A stretch of DNA of 64,000 nucleotides, taken from contig JAAOMT010000226.1 of assembly GCA_016748015.1 (NCBI GenBank), forward strand, positions 788,604 to 852,603, given 5' to 3'. Of this stretch, positions 52,401-64,000 are shown piece by piece; the stretch's first letter is position 1; each line of letters starts with the position of its first letter. The position numbers and the translations under genes were made by a program. The notes below the pieces were generated by a model. That model searched no databases, had not been told where the DNA came from, and saw nothing but the letters and a program-made list of their open reading frames with translations. This DNA comes from Geosiphon pyriformis uo1 (taxonomy: Eukaryota > Fungi > Glomeromycota).

Positions 52401-54314
52401 GAATTCCTTGATACATTAACTGCTGAAAGTTTGAGAATGGCGACCCATGGTTTAAGAGTTTTAGGATTAGCTCTGAAAACTGTTTCCCTTGCTGATGATT
52501 TTCTTAAAGCTGCTTCAGCTGTCAGCTCTATAGAAGAGACTGATTCAAGTCCTGTTGAATCTTCAATAAATACGGCTTTTACTGAAAATGGATTTACCTT
52601 TGTTGGTCTAATTGGTTTAATTGATCCACCAAGAGCTGGTGTGGCTGATTCTATCCGCAAATGTAAAGAAGCTGGGATTCGTGTTGTGATGATTACCGGT
52701 GATCATATTGCAACTGCCACTGCTATTGCCACTGATATTGGAATAATCGAGCCTGATGTTATGGGAATGGTAAGCTCTTAAACAGATAGTGTAGGGTTTT
52801 CAAAATTTCTAATCCTAATTTTTTTTTCAGAATCGTGTTATCCGAGGAGCAGAATTAGATTTGCTATCTGGGGATGCAATATCTGAATTAAGTCCATTCC
52901 CAAATGTATTTGCTCGAGTTAGGTAAGTCTCATTTTCATTTTTTTTATTTTACTATGATCACAACCATTCTACACAGTAAATGACTACTGGGTAAAAGTG
53001 ATTCCCAAATTCAAGTCGTTGAATTTAGGTTTTTTTGCAAATGCACTTGACAAGTTGCAAACTCAATTCTAATTGAGACTTCATTAAAATTTTCTAAATC
53101 AGTCCCGATAATAAATTGAAAATAGTCAAGGCTCTTCAAAACATGAACAATTCAGTAGCTATGACAGGAGATGGTGTCAACGGTTTGTAGCAATTTTGTA
53201 AGACTCAAGGTTTTCTCATTTTTGCAATTAACCATATGACGGAATCATCTTTTTTGTTTATTGAACAAATAATAAGATGCACCTGCTATCAAAGCAGCAG
53301 ATGTGGGAATTGCTATGGGAATCAGTGGAACAGAAATAACCAAACAAGCCGCAGATATCATTCTTGCGAATGATGACTTCTCAACAATCGTCGCAGCTGT
53401 CGAGGAAGGTCGTCAGGTCTTTGACAATATTTTGAAATTTATTGTTTATCTCCTGAGTTGTAATGGTGCAGAAATTATTATAATGTTGCTCTCGGCAATT
53501 ATCAACACGGATTTGCCATTCACGACAATAATGATTTTATGGGCAAACATCATAGGTAACATACGCGAATAGATTTTTTATTCTATGGCTTCGCTTATTA
53601 AATATTTTTAACTTTCAAAAGCTGATGTCCCACCTGCCATGTCTCTTGGATTTGAACCTGCGGAAAAAGACATAATGCGCCGTCGACCACGTGATCCTAA
53701 AAGCGGGGTTCTCAATTTACCCTCAATAATCACCCTTATATCTCAAGCTTTCGTAATGGCATTATTATCCTTTGGTACTTATGAGATCGCATTGAAAGTC
53801 GAGAACAAATCACTTGCAGACGCAAGATCCATAGCCTTTTGTACGTTGACAACACTTCAACTTTTGCAAGGATTTTTATCAAGGACTTTGTACATAAGTG
53901 TCTTTAAAATGGGATTTTTTGGCAACCAGGTTTGTGCATCGCTATTCTAGCTATTGTAAAAAAAATTTCAAAATAAACTAACAACTAGGAAACTCATTTT
54001 CCTGAAATCAAGTGGATGATCCTCAGTATTTTGGGATCATTTATTGCAATGATAATTGGGATATATGTTCCAGGTATTTGGGGTCTTAATATTAAGATTT
54101 TATTTTGGCCTGAATTTCTCTAAATACTCTCTTTTCTTGTTTAGGGGTGAGCGATTGGTTGGAGCTTGAGCCGATTAACATAATCGGTTGGGTAATGGTT
54201 GCGATTTCCTGCATCGTCTTAGTTGTCTCAAGTGAACTTGTAAAGCTATTCGCTCGACATTTTCGAGATTCTGCCGCCGCCGCCGAAGAGATAAAGGGAA
54301 AGCGAGAAAAGTGA
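49449..54314 (+). CDS. Type II P-type cation-transporting ATPase (Ca2+/Na+ class), multi-exon
   Basis: [44 protein letters not shown], and TM segments YLLSCNGAE and WANIIADVPPA. Probable ATG 49449 and stop 54312-54314. Confidence 0.93.
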
Positions 54315-54877
54315 AATTTTCCAAAGAGCCAGAATATTTGAAGGAGAATCAATTTCACAAAAAAGTTGATATTCAAGACATTCTTAAAGACATTCGACCT
54401 CCAAAAAGCAATATCAGCCTCCTTTTCGGTAGATTCCATTTTTCGTATTTCGAATCGTTTCATGATATAAAATTTGATTTTATTATTTTAGTTTTTTGTA
54501 CAATATTTCAAACTCCAAATTTTAATTGCCATAAATAATTTCATAGAAAAAAGTTAAAAGTTTAAATTTAATGTAATTTAGCAAAAGGTAATTTGATAGA
54601 TTCAAATTTAAGTAAACATTGGTCGATGGAATTCCTAAAATAAAATTTATAAACAATTTGCACATGCGTCATAATCAAGTCCAGCATCACAAAGCCCCAT
54701 TGGAAAACTCCGATTGCGCAAAAATGAAAAAGTTATGTAGAGCTGGCGTCATTTTGCTTTCTATCAGCCCCACTTTTAAGCAATGGCGCCAAATACATGT
54801 AGATAGGACTGATTTAGGCACCATAGCCCATCATTATAAAAGCAAGTTGGCCCAGCGGCTACGAAATTAATTTCACT

Positions 54878-55252
54878 ATGAGGCATTTCACCAGTCACTT
54901 TTTTATCTATTTGCTTTCCTCAATCTCCTATATTTTTATCCTCTACCTGCCTGTGTTCAGTATCGAAATGAAAGACTCGAATAATTACGTGGTGTTACGT
55001 TCTCTACGTATCTATGAAGGCCCAAACTTTACTGGAAATTACCAGGACATCTATTCTCCGGAGCCAAAATGCGTCACGTTTGATCGCTCCTGGAATATTT
55101 ACAGCCTCGAACTTTCGCCAAAAGGTCTAAAGGCAAAATTTTTTAGTGATGCCGAATGTGGTGGAAGAATGGTGTTGGACGTTGGTGGTCCTAAACAAAT
55201 ACGTGCTAATCTGGTACAACCAATCCAAGCGCTTTCTGTCTTATTGGATTGA
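54878..55252 (+). CDS. Small secreted protein, beta/gamma-crystallin-like fold (tentative)
   Basis: Hydrophobic N-terminus. SLRIYEGPNFTG and AKFFSDAECGG resemble paired Greek-key (Y/F)xxxx(Y/F)xG motifs. Two Cys. Confidence 0.65.
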   Translation: MRHFTSHFFIYLLSSISYIFILYLPVFSIEMKDSNNYVVLRSLRIYEGPNFTGNYQDIYSPEPKCVTFDRSWNIYSLELSPKGLKAKFFSDAECGGRMVLDVGGPKQIRANLVQPIQALSVLLD

Positions 55253-55766
55253 ATAAAGTTTTTATTATTTTGGAATTTATATCTCATCGATTGATGAATT
55301 TTGAGTTATGCTTTCGCTCTTTAAACTAGAAATGCTACCGTATATTTGAGTTTACGTAAATAATTTTCCTGTTGGTACAAAGTTTTAAATTCCATCTGTG
55401 AGGGTATAATCACATGATAAAGATTTTGTGTTTACTTTCAACTGTTTCATCTGGATGCTACCCATCAAAATTCTTGAGATTGTCTCATTGTAACACCAAG
55501 CAAAAACTGAGAGACCCAACTCGAAAAATTTGCACAACATGAAACTTTGGTAAATAAACTGCAAATATAGAAAACAAATATTTCCTATCGTACTGCCAGA
55601 GAATAATATTCCAGACAGTTATTTTAAGACTTTTTCATTATATGAAACGGCTTTTTGGAATAGTATATTGCTGTATTTATTTAGCTCTTTCCATTCCATT
55701 CAACAGTGTTCAACTTTCATAATCTTTCCTTTTTATTATCAATAACCCCATTAATTCTCATAAAAA

Positions 55767-56719
55767 ATGGAACTTGCAGAACTCAACCACAAAAAGACCA
55801 ATGACCATGCAGTACATTTTGCCTCTATAAGAACTTCAAACCCGTCTACAATTACTCGTAAACGACGAATAATATCACCAAAATTTCTCAAAGTTCTAGA
55901 AGCTTCGGCATATTTCATGTGGTTTCTTTCTTTGGTACTGGGCATTGGCATGTCAGCATATATTGTAGAAAAATTTCTTCGGAAACCTTGGCAGAAATGG
56001 GAATCGGTAGAAAATTTTGGCGAATCAAGACATGGTGCTGCATTTATAGGTCTGCATTGGGTTGGGGGGATTTTAGTCAATATTTTAGGTAGGGAATTGA
56101 AATGAATGTCCATGAATAATATTTAAAGAGAATATGCCATTAGAAGTCTAACATCTTTGACCTTTATAATCAAATTTTAAACCGCATAGCTACACTTCAA
56201 CTACTACCCTTTATTCGCCGTCGTGCAATTTGGTTTCACCGATGGTCCGGCCGTTTAGTAATTCTTGGCTCAATTACAACCTGCATCGGTGGCTTGCTTT
56301 TCACCTGGGTCCGAGGTACAGTCGGTGGATTCCCAATGAGCTTTTCATTCACGATTTACGGAATTCTCTTTCTAGCCTCCGCAATTCTCACGTATTACTA
56401 CGCGCGAAAACGACAATTTTCCCAACATAGAAGATGGGCAATCCGAACATTTTCATTAGCAATTGGGAGCGCACTTTATCGACTATACATAATGCCGCTG
56501 TTTGTAATAGCTTTTGGTGCCAAGGGTGAGGCTGGAACTGACGGATGGACTCATCAGAAAAAAATAGATTATTTAACTATCGCGGCATGGTTTTTTTATT
56601 TCCCCAATTTGTTGGTGGCCGAATTGGTTATTTGGATTGTATGGGGATATGAGAATGCGATTGATGTGAGTAATTTTATGGAAGATGGTAGACTGATTGA
56701 AGGCGAAAAGTTTTTATAA
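55767..56719 (+). CDS. Multi-pass membrane protein, DUF2306-like
   Basis: Two exons (intron ~56089-56189). Conserved His pattern IGLHWVGG...FHRWSGR...HRRWAIRTFSLAIGSALYRLY. Confidence 0.75.
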
Positions 56720-57934
56720 AAAAAAGCCCTTATCCGATGATTTTAATTTAAAATAATTCCAATTTTTAAAAAACAACCTGAAAGTCAAACTTTATTCTAT
56801 CATTCAACATTTTGACAAAAAAGCCTTTCGAAATCATTTTAATTCTAAAGAAATAGGGTAGTCTTTTCACAATTGAATATGTAGCCCTTCTAAATATTTA
56901 TCAGTCATTATCAAACTAAATATTTTCAAAAGTAATAATAGGAAATATCATTGAAATATTATATTTCATATTAATGTGTTAAAAATTGTTGAGACAAAAT
57001 AAGTAGATTTTTTTAGAGCATAAGATTGTTGTTTCTTTTCTTTCCTGTTAACACAAATACTACACCATTTACCTTTATCATTATTATTTTCATTCTCAAT
57101 TTCTTTTTCGTGCAATTATGAAAAACAGTAGAAAATTAGGATCTCGTGATATTCAATTTTTTCATTTACTTATTTTTCCTCAAAGCTATTATTACTTTTA
57201 TGTTTACATAAATTAATGTTTTGTATTTTTTTTCATGGTCAAAATTAATTGAAAATTCATTTTTGTAATTTGTTTGAAGAAAAAAATTATAAGTAATTTT
57301 TAGAGTTTTATATTTTGCTATTAAAATTTGATTTTCTGATTATAAACTCACTAAATTTATGATTTTGTGAAAAGAAGTCTGTTGTGTGATTTATTTAAAC
57401 CTTTGATGTTATTATTTTCAAGTTTAACAAAAACTAGAAAATTAGCAAAAACATGATACACTAAATAATAAATTGTTTTAATATGATAAACACATGTGCT
57501 AAGTGAAATTAAACTTGTTAAATTGAGATCATAACTAACTTTGGCAATTTGCAATGGATTTAAGAGAAATCTTTTTTCAAGCTAATTTGATATCTCTTTT
57601 GTTTGCTTCTGACCCGTTTAAATTTTTACTTTTCGAAAAATGATTTTTTTATTTATTTAAATATATGCATCCAGGCTAAAATATATATTACATACTTGAT
57701 CCAAGGTTAGTTATCTATGATTTGAAATTATAAGTAAAAACACGGAAATGCTTGAAAAGTGAATTTTTAGATTAATTCTATATTAGAGTTTGGTCTCTAA
57801 TAGAAGTAGAAAATAATTTTAACTAATGAATCTCTATAGCTGTACAGCAGGAAGTAGTAATTCATTTAAATCGAACATGACCATTTTTTGTCAAAGATTT
57901 GCGAATAAAAATTTCCAAAAGTGGCAATTCTTAC

Positions 57935-58405
57935 TAGTGATTCTAACCGGTTAAAATTTTCGTAACCTGTTAAACCGATTTGATTAATTTCCCTATATAG
58001 AAATTAATTGTAATTGGCTAAATAATAAATATATGATTTATAATAATATAAAACGTAATATGTTAATTTTATTTAGGATATACTGCAAAAAATTTTGAAT
58101 TTTGTTTAAGAAAAAGAATATCAGACAAAGTTGTTTGGACTAAGTCGGTTACGTTTTTCAGTTAAAGTATTTCCAGCTTAGCTTAAGAACCTCAAAGACT
58201 GGCTATTCTTTTTTGCTGGTGTTTTTTCGAGACATTATTGCCATGAAAAAAAAAATTCCATATGATGATCACGATGAATAATTTAATCTATTTCTAAATA
58301 TGGCAAGTATTATATAACCGTGGTTAACCACGCTGAGAAAAATCTTAACTGGTTAAAACTTTTTAAGTGGTTAATCGGTTAAGCCTTAACCGGTTAGGAA
58401 TACTA
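57935..58405. mobile_element. hAT-type non-autonomous element (MITE), 471 bp
   Basis: Imperfect 20-bp TIRs tagtgattctaaccggttaa and ttaaccggttaggaatacta. Perfect 8-bp TSD attcttac at 57927-57934 and 58406-58413. Subterminal taacc/ggtta repeats. Confidence 0.9.
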
Positions 58406-59139
58406 ATTCTTACTCGTTAATATTAATTCAGTATCAAATTATGAAATACTGAGGCTTCGTTACTATGAAGGATTAAATTTGATAAATAACCAATTTTCCA
58501 ATTTGTCATGCTTAATCATTACCATGTGCAAGATTTACAAAAAAATAACGCTCAGAGGTTTGGATATTTGTATTCTCACCTCGTGTTGTAAATTACGAAA
58601 TCAATCTATAGGCTAAATTTCACTTGGGAAATGATCCAAAACATATTATTATACTAGAAAGAAAATTTTCTCGATTGAAAGTTCCTTTATTAAATGATAT
58701 ACAATTAAAAGTAATTAATGATAAATTGTTTAATTGATAAAAGTGAATTGCTCACTAAAATAGTTTATAAAACGTCATCACTGACTTCCTCAAGTATCCT
58801 TATTTTAGGCACTTCTCGGAGAAATTGAAATTTTGGAAAGATGTTACTCCCACATCGTTTGTCGATGATTCCCTATCCCGGGAAATTGTTGTGCATCAAG
58901 TGAGCAAAGTGCTTGATAAAAAATTTTATTGCCACCTATCAGATTGAATTATTTTTATTGTTTAAATCGTTTATTTGCTAACCGGTCTATATTGGCGCCA
59001 ATATAAAATTGCTTTGAAGATAAGCTCTTAATTACGGAATTTCTTTACTTATTATGATTTTCCGAAATATTGGACACTCAGCACCGCTGGCCTATATAAT
59101 CCAATTTCATTCTATAGTTTTTTTCTGATATTTATACAA

Positions 59140-60832
59140 ATGTCAAGTTTCCAATATTCAAAAATGCCTAAATTAAAGAGCCATCAGGAATCATTCAAAA
59201 ATAGAAAATTAGGCAATAAATCAAATCTGTGGAATAAGACAAAGCAACCCATTTTCTTTATAATTTTGACAATTTTTACTTCTTCATTAGCTTCTCTCCA
59301 AATTCTTGGAGGATCAGCAAATCCTATTTTAAAAAGAGATGGAGATGAGTTTAACCTGGACAGCTTTGATGATATAAATAGCCAAAATACCATGGATTCC
59401 CAACAAAATATAGCAGATACACTGTTCCTGAAAGAACCTTCGCAAGTTCTCGCCAGTGGCGCCGACTTTACGCCGCTTAATACAGATATTAGTTTTGACT
59501 CGATTTTATCAGATAATATGTCTAATAAGTTAGACCAGTCTGCAGGAAAAGACCTTTCCCAAGAAAACTCGGCAAAAGGACAATTAGATCTCGTCTCATT
59601 TAACACTCAAGATCCTGACCCAACCATCTCTAACGAAAATTCTTCGCCCTTACTGGAAGGTAAAGACCTAATAGCATCAAGAGGAGATTGGAGTAATCAA
59701 AATCCTGATCCAGCTCTTAATGATGTATTCTCAATCGTCGCATCGCCATACGCGACCAAATATCCACTTCCAGAAAAACCACAAAATCCAACCTCAGATA
59801 ATATTTGGGGGCCACAGCCATCTTTGCAACAGCTAAAATATTACGCATTGGTTATGAATCTCCCGTCGTGTCCACAAATTGTTCAGGCCAGCCAATATTC
59901 GACCAAAATTAGAGGTAAAATAAAAATAATTTTGAATAAAGTTTTTCCTGGCCATGAATTCAATAGTGCCTTAGCTTAGTAGTCTTCAATATATAATTTT
60001 TTGAAATTTAGGTTTGGTAAAACGAGACCCAGAACGAGGTGAAACTCTTATAAATTTTGTTGGGGATGAAAAACTTTTGGATCAATACATCCACGCAAAA
60101 GACCGATCAATAGAATACAGTTCTGGCTCAGGGATGTTGGTTCATCAAGATATATATGAAGATTTCAATGTAATTCGAAACGAATTTCTTAATGATATGA
60201 AGCAGTATCTAGCGATACAGGGACGGATTGTGTTCCTTGGCTGGAGTTTAGGTGGTGGTATGTTGAGGACTATATCGAAGACTATTTTTTTTCTAACTTT
60301 GAAATTCCTTACTCATCTAAGATTTGGATTTTTTTATTTTACCAGCATATGCTATTTTGGCAGCATTAGCTTTAGTTGAACAAGCCCAACCTAGCGCCAA
60401 AATTTCGGTATATACTTTTGGAGCACCAAGAATTGGAAACAGTAGATTCTCTAACTTTATTCAATCAAAGCTCGAAGTCTGGCGAACAACAAATATGTAT
60501 GATCAAGTCACAGTGTACCCAATGTATTCTCAGAATCCTGGTGTTGAGATATGGATCAGTAAACCAGATGGTCCGATATATCTGTGTCCACCTACGACTA
60601 GTACTGAATCATTAGTTCAGACGTCATCTCAGGTTTTTCAAGCAAATAATTTTTTAGTTTTTTAAATTTGCTATCTCCATAATTATTTTGAAAGGGTTAT
60701 TAAAAGTTTCATTTGGCTAATTTTTATTTGTAGGCTTGTACATATGTAATGGGACTTTGGGATGACTTTTCAATGGATTCACATAATGGACCCTACTTTG
60801 GACAAACGGCTGGAATCTGTGGCGTTAAATAA
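59140..60832 (+). CDS. Class 3 lipase (alpha/beta hydrolase) with signal/anchor and long acidic pro-region
   Basis: Four exons. VHQDI, nucleophile elbow FLGWSLGG, VYTFGAPRIGN, RTTNMYDQV (Asp) and DSHNGPYFG (His), stop 60830-60832. Confidence 0.88.
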
Positions 60833-63800
60833 GGTCAAAATCCTTTGAGCTTTTCAGAAAGCGCACTGAAAATTCAGCTGTTTTCATCGAAATTACTTTC
60901 CTTCATGAAATCTTGACTTATGTAGGTTGCAATACTTTGATTTTTCTATAAAATTAGTATTTTAAAGTCTGTACACGTTTGTAAGCAACAACTTTGACCC
61001 CTGGAGGTTTTACAGAAACTCCCTTTGTGAGAAATTAAGCATAGAAATTTAGAATGTCTTACAAATTTGAACTTAATTTCTTCAGATTTCGGTTGGATAT
61101 AGTAAAACCTTGAAGAAATTGTAAGAAATGATATAAGCATTAATTTCAATATACCCAAAAATAGCAATAGATAACTTTGAATAAAATATTTTTTAAAAGC
61201 AATTTTTGTTACTATGAGGCTTGGTTTTAGCTGGATAAGCATTATATTAAATGATACTATGGTAAAAATTTGCCTTTTTATTTTTATCATAAAAAAATCC
61301 ATCTACAATATTCAATACGATCGAGCCGCCAAACTTAAATGTTGAATATTCTACCCTGAATTTTGCTCATAAAACCATGCGTAAAAAAAACGCCCCTCCT
61401 AGTCCATTCATATTTTATCGTCATAAAGCTCTAAAAAAAATAGTTGCAACTTCTAACCAAAATTGAAGAATTTCCAAATAATATAATTAAGTTATGAACT
61501 CTATTTTTAAATTAAAGATAGAAATTTAAAGTAAACTTCCAAAAAAAAGACTCTACATGAGCTAAAAACTGAATATATGAACTATTTTAAAATTTTGGTC
61601 ATCTTTTAAATACAATGAATTAATATATAGCCTACAAAGTTATACCAATTTTGAATTATATCTTCCTGCCGACTTTAAACTTGAATTTGCTTTATAATTT
61701 TGAATAATAAATTTCCTCTTAATTTCTGAACTTTTAATAGGTTATTTGCATATTTTAATTTCTTGTGTTTTTTTATATTTTCTCCTCTTCTTGATATTTT
61801 TTATGATCAAAATTTTAGTTCTTTTTCTATTGTTAATTCTTGGAAATAAAAATACATTTTTAATGTTTATCTATTGGTTGTTTTATAATATTTGAAACTT
61901 ATTTTTATTTTGAATATTGTTTATTAATTATAAGAATCTTGATCTAATTTTTTCAATTAACAATATCTTTTTTTATTAATTTAAATAATAAAGCTTCCAA
62001 CTTAAGTGGTTATCAAAGTGTTTAAGGATAACAAAGAATTTGAAAAAGATATGTTTAAAATACATTTTGTTTTTGGTACATGAATATTTGTACTCTTTTG
62101 CAGATTTAATCAGATGCTTTATTTAAAGATCGAAATTCAGGCTCATAGACAAAACAAAGAAAATTCTTTTTTATTTTCGTTAAAAATTAACTTTTCCATG
62201 TTTTGAATGTTATTTTGTTTTAAGAAAATTCCAATCTTGAGGAAAATTAGTTAATAAAGAATAAACAATTAATTTACTCCTTTCTAAAAAATTAGTAGCT
62301 TTTAAACAAAGAAAATTAGTTGGTTAAAACTCTTGTTCCCCTCCTTAGAGTTTTCAATGATTATTATGCAAGGCCCTTAAAATTTTATTTTTGGGATAAA
62401 TTGTGACAGGTGAGACGACTATGATTCTTTATATTGATGCTTGGTATTACAGATTTTATATGAGAGATATCGGAAATGGCATGAATGATTTATAGAGGCA
62501 ATTATTTTTTCCGAAAGCAGCATATAAATAAATAAGACTTTTCACTTTATAAAATATTTTTTATTAAATATATTGACCTCTTTTTTTAATAAAAAGATGA
62601 AATGGGTAATTTTCTTCCGAACCATTTTCTTGAAATGAAATGTCATCTTTACTATTTTCCCTTTTCCCTTTTTCCAGTTTCTCCGTTATCTTGTTATCGG
62701 GATCAACTAAATATTTTACTTTTTTGCTTATTAAAAAAGTTAAATGTATAAATTTTATTTTATAATAGCCCTAATTTCGTAATGTAAACCAAAAGTTTGC
62801 AACTAGGAATTGTAATATCTTTAAATTTTATTTGATGATGCAATTCTTGTAATAGTTGTTAGCTATTGCATTTCATAAGATTGAAATAACCATTTTAATT
62901 GCTAAATCTTATAGAATAACCTTATTTTCTTCAATTATAAAAAGATATCTCGGTAAAAAAACAATATCAATAATTGGAATCTAAATCGGTTATAATGTTG
63001 ACGAAGGAATAATGTCCAGCCAACCCAATCCAAAAGAATTTCCTCTCATTCACGAAAAATTTCCCAATAATTCGAAAAAATTGTACAATTCAAAATACCT
63101 TTTTAAAAGAATCAATAAACAGTTGTCAAAAGACTTTCACAATGAATAATCCTTTAATTCTTTTCATAAAATCCATTATTTTCTCGTAAAAAATCTTTAC
63201 GCTGAGTTCTGAAGCTTAATCAAGAAAAAGAGAAAAGATCAAAGTAATCTTAAAATAGAATGTCTTATCCTTGCCCAAAATGTATTTCTTAATAATCAAC
63301 TTTAAAAAATCACTTATTTCATTTGGTAGGTCAATAATTAGCACAATATAAACTTTTAAGATAAACCTTTTTATCGATACTAATGTCCAAATTTATTGAT
63401 AACAAAAGATGAGGTCTTTATTTACATAATAATGATCAGTGCTTATCTTTTAAGTGAAATTAGAAAGAACCTTTATAGCCATAGGTTAAAATTGTATTTA
63501 TTCTTTTAAGATGAGGAATATTAAAAATTTTAACGTCCTTTTGTTCATTTTGATATTAGCTTGCATTTGCCAATCTTTTTCAAAACGGGAAATTTTTTCG
63601 GATATTGGAGATGTAAAATTATACTGCTTGGATTTGATCAAAATTCAAATCAAAAATCGTCTAAACTTTTAATTTTCAAAAATATCCCATAACTTACAGG
63701 TCAAAAGCCCAAAGTTTTTCAAAAATATCTCAAACAAGTCTAGGATAAACCAATTTTTACTTCCAAAGGGAAAATCATTCCTAAGTCGTATGACCAAATT

Positions 63801-64000
63801 TGTAATTTTCCTTATTGTTTTCCGCAAAATGAGATTGGAAAGATCGTAATGGAAAAAGATACTATCGGTAATTTCATTTTTACAGTAAATAGTTGATTTG
63901 GTTTAAAAAAAAAAACAGAATTTATTTTTTCACTGAGCATATGACACCATTTTTTGCACAATCACATCTTCATTTTGTAGCCGATATTATAGAAGAGGAA

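Noticed and set aside
60946-64000. 118-aa ORF and possible relics in the last 3 kb
   Set aside because: Low-complexity, AT-driven composition with no identifiable domain or repeat boundary.

Overview
AT-rich, intron-containing eukaryotic genomic DNA from a fungus, most consistent with Glomeromycotina (arbuscular-mycorrhizal lineage). The support is expanded F-box/LRR, BTB-BACK-TLDc and Sel1 families, plus LINE ORF1 relics resembling, from memory, repeats of Archaeosporales such as Geosiphon; the taxon is inference. Gene islands hold three F-box/LRR genes, a BTB-TLDc gene, a promethin-like membrane protein, two PARP-like genes, an NDR-family kinase, a Sel1 protein, a type II P-type ATPase, a small secreted crystallin-like protein, a DUF2306-like protein and a class 3 lipase. 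They alternate with transposon graveyards eroded to nearly pure A/T. The most notable signal is a repeated, co-oriented pair of a spliced C5-cytosine DNA methyltransferase (RID/Masc1-like by motif resemblance) and a TET/JBP-type 2OG-Fe(II) dioxygenase. One locus is at 1-4170 (+) and another at ~31950-41910 (-), each interrupted by later insertions. A shared ~200-bp linker indicates an ancestral TET->DNMT unit that was duplicated in tandem and in inverted orientation. Other findings are a complete pogo-type element killed only by C->T/G->A nonsense changes, a hAT-type MITE with a perfect 8-bp TSD, a CRIB-like motif on the NDR kinase hidden across an intron, and PARP-like paralogs with a non-canonical catalytic triad.
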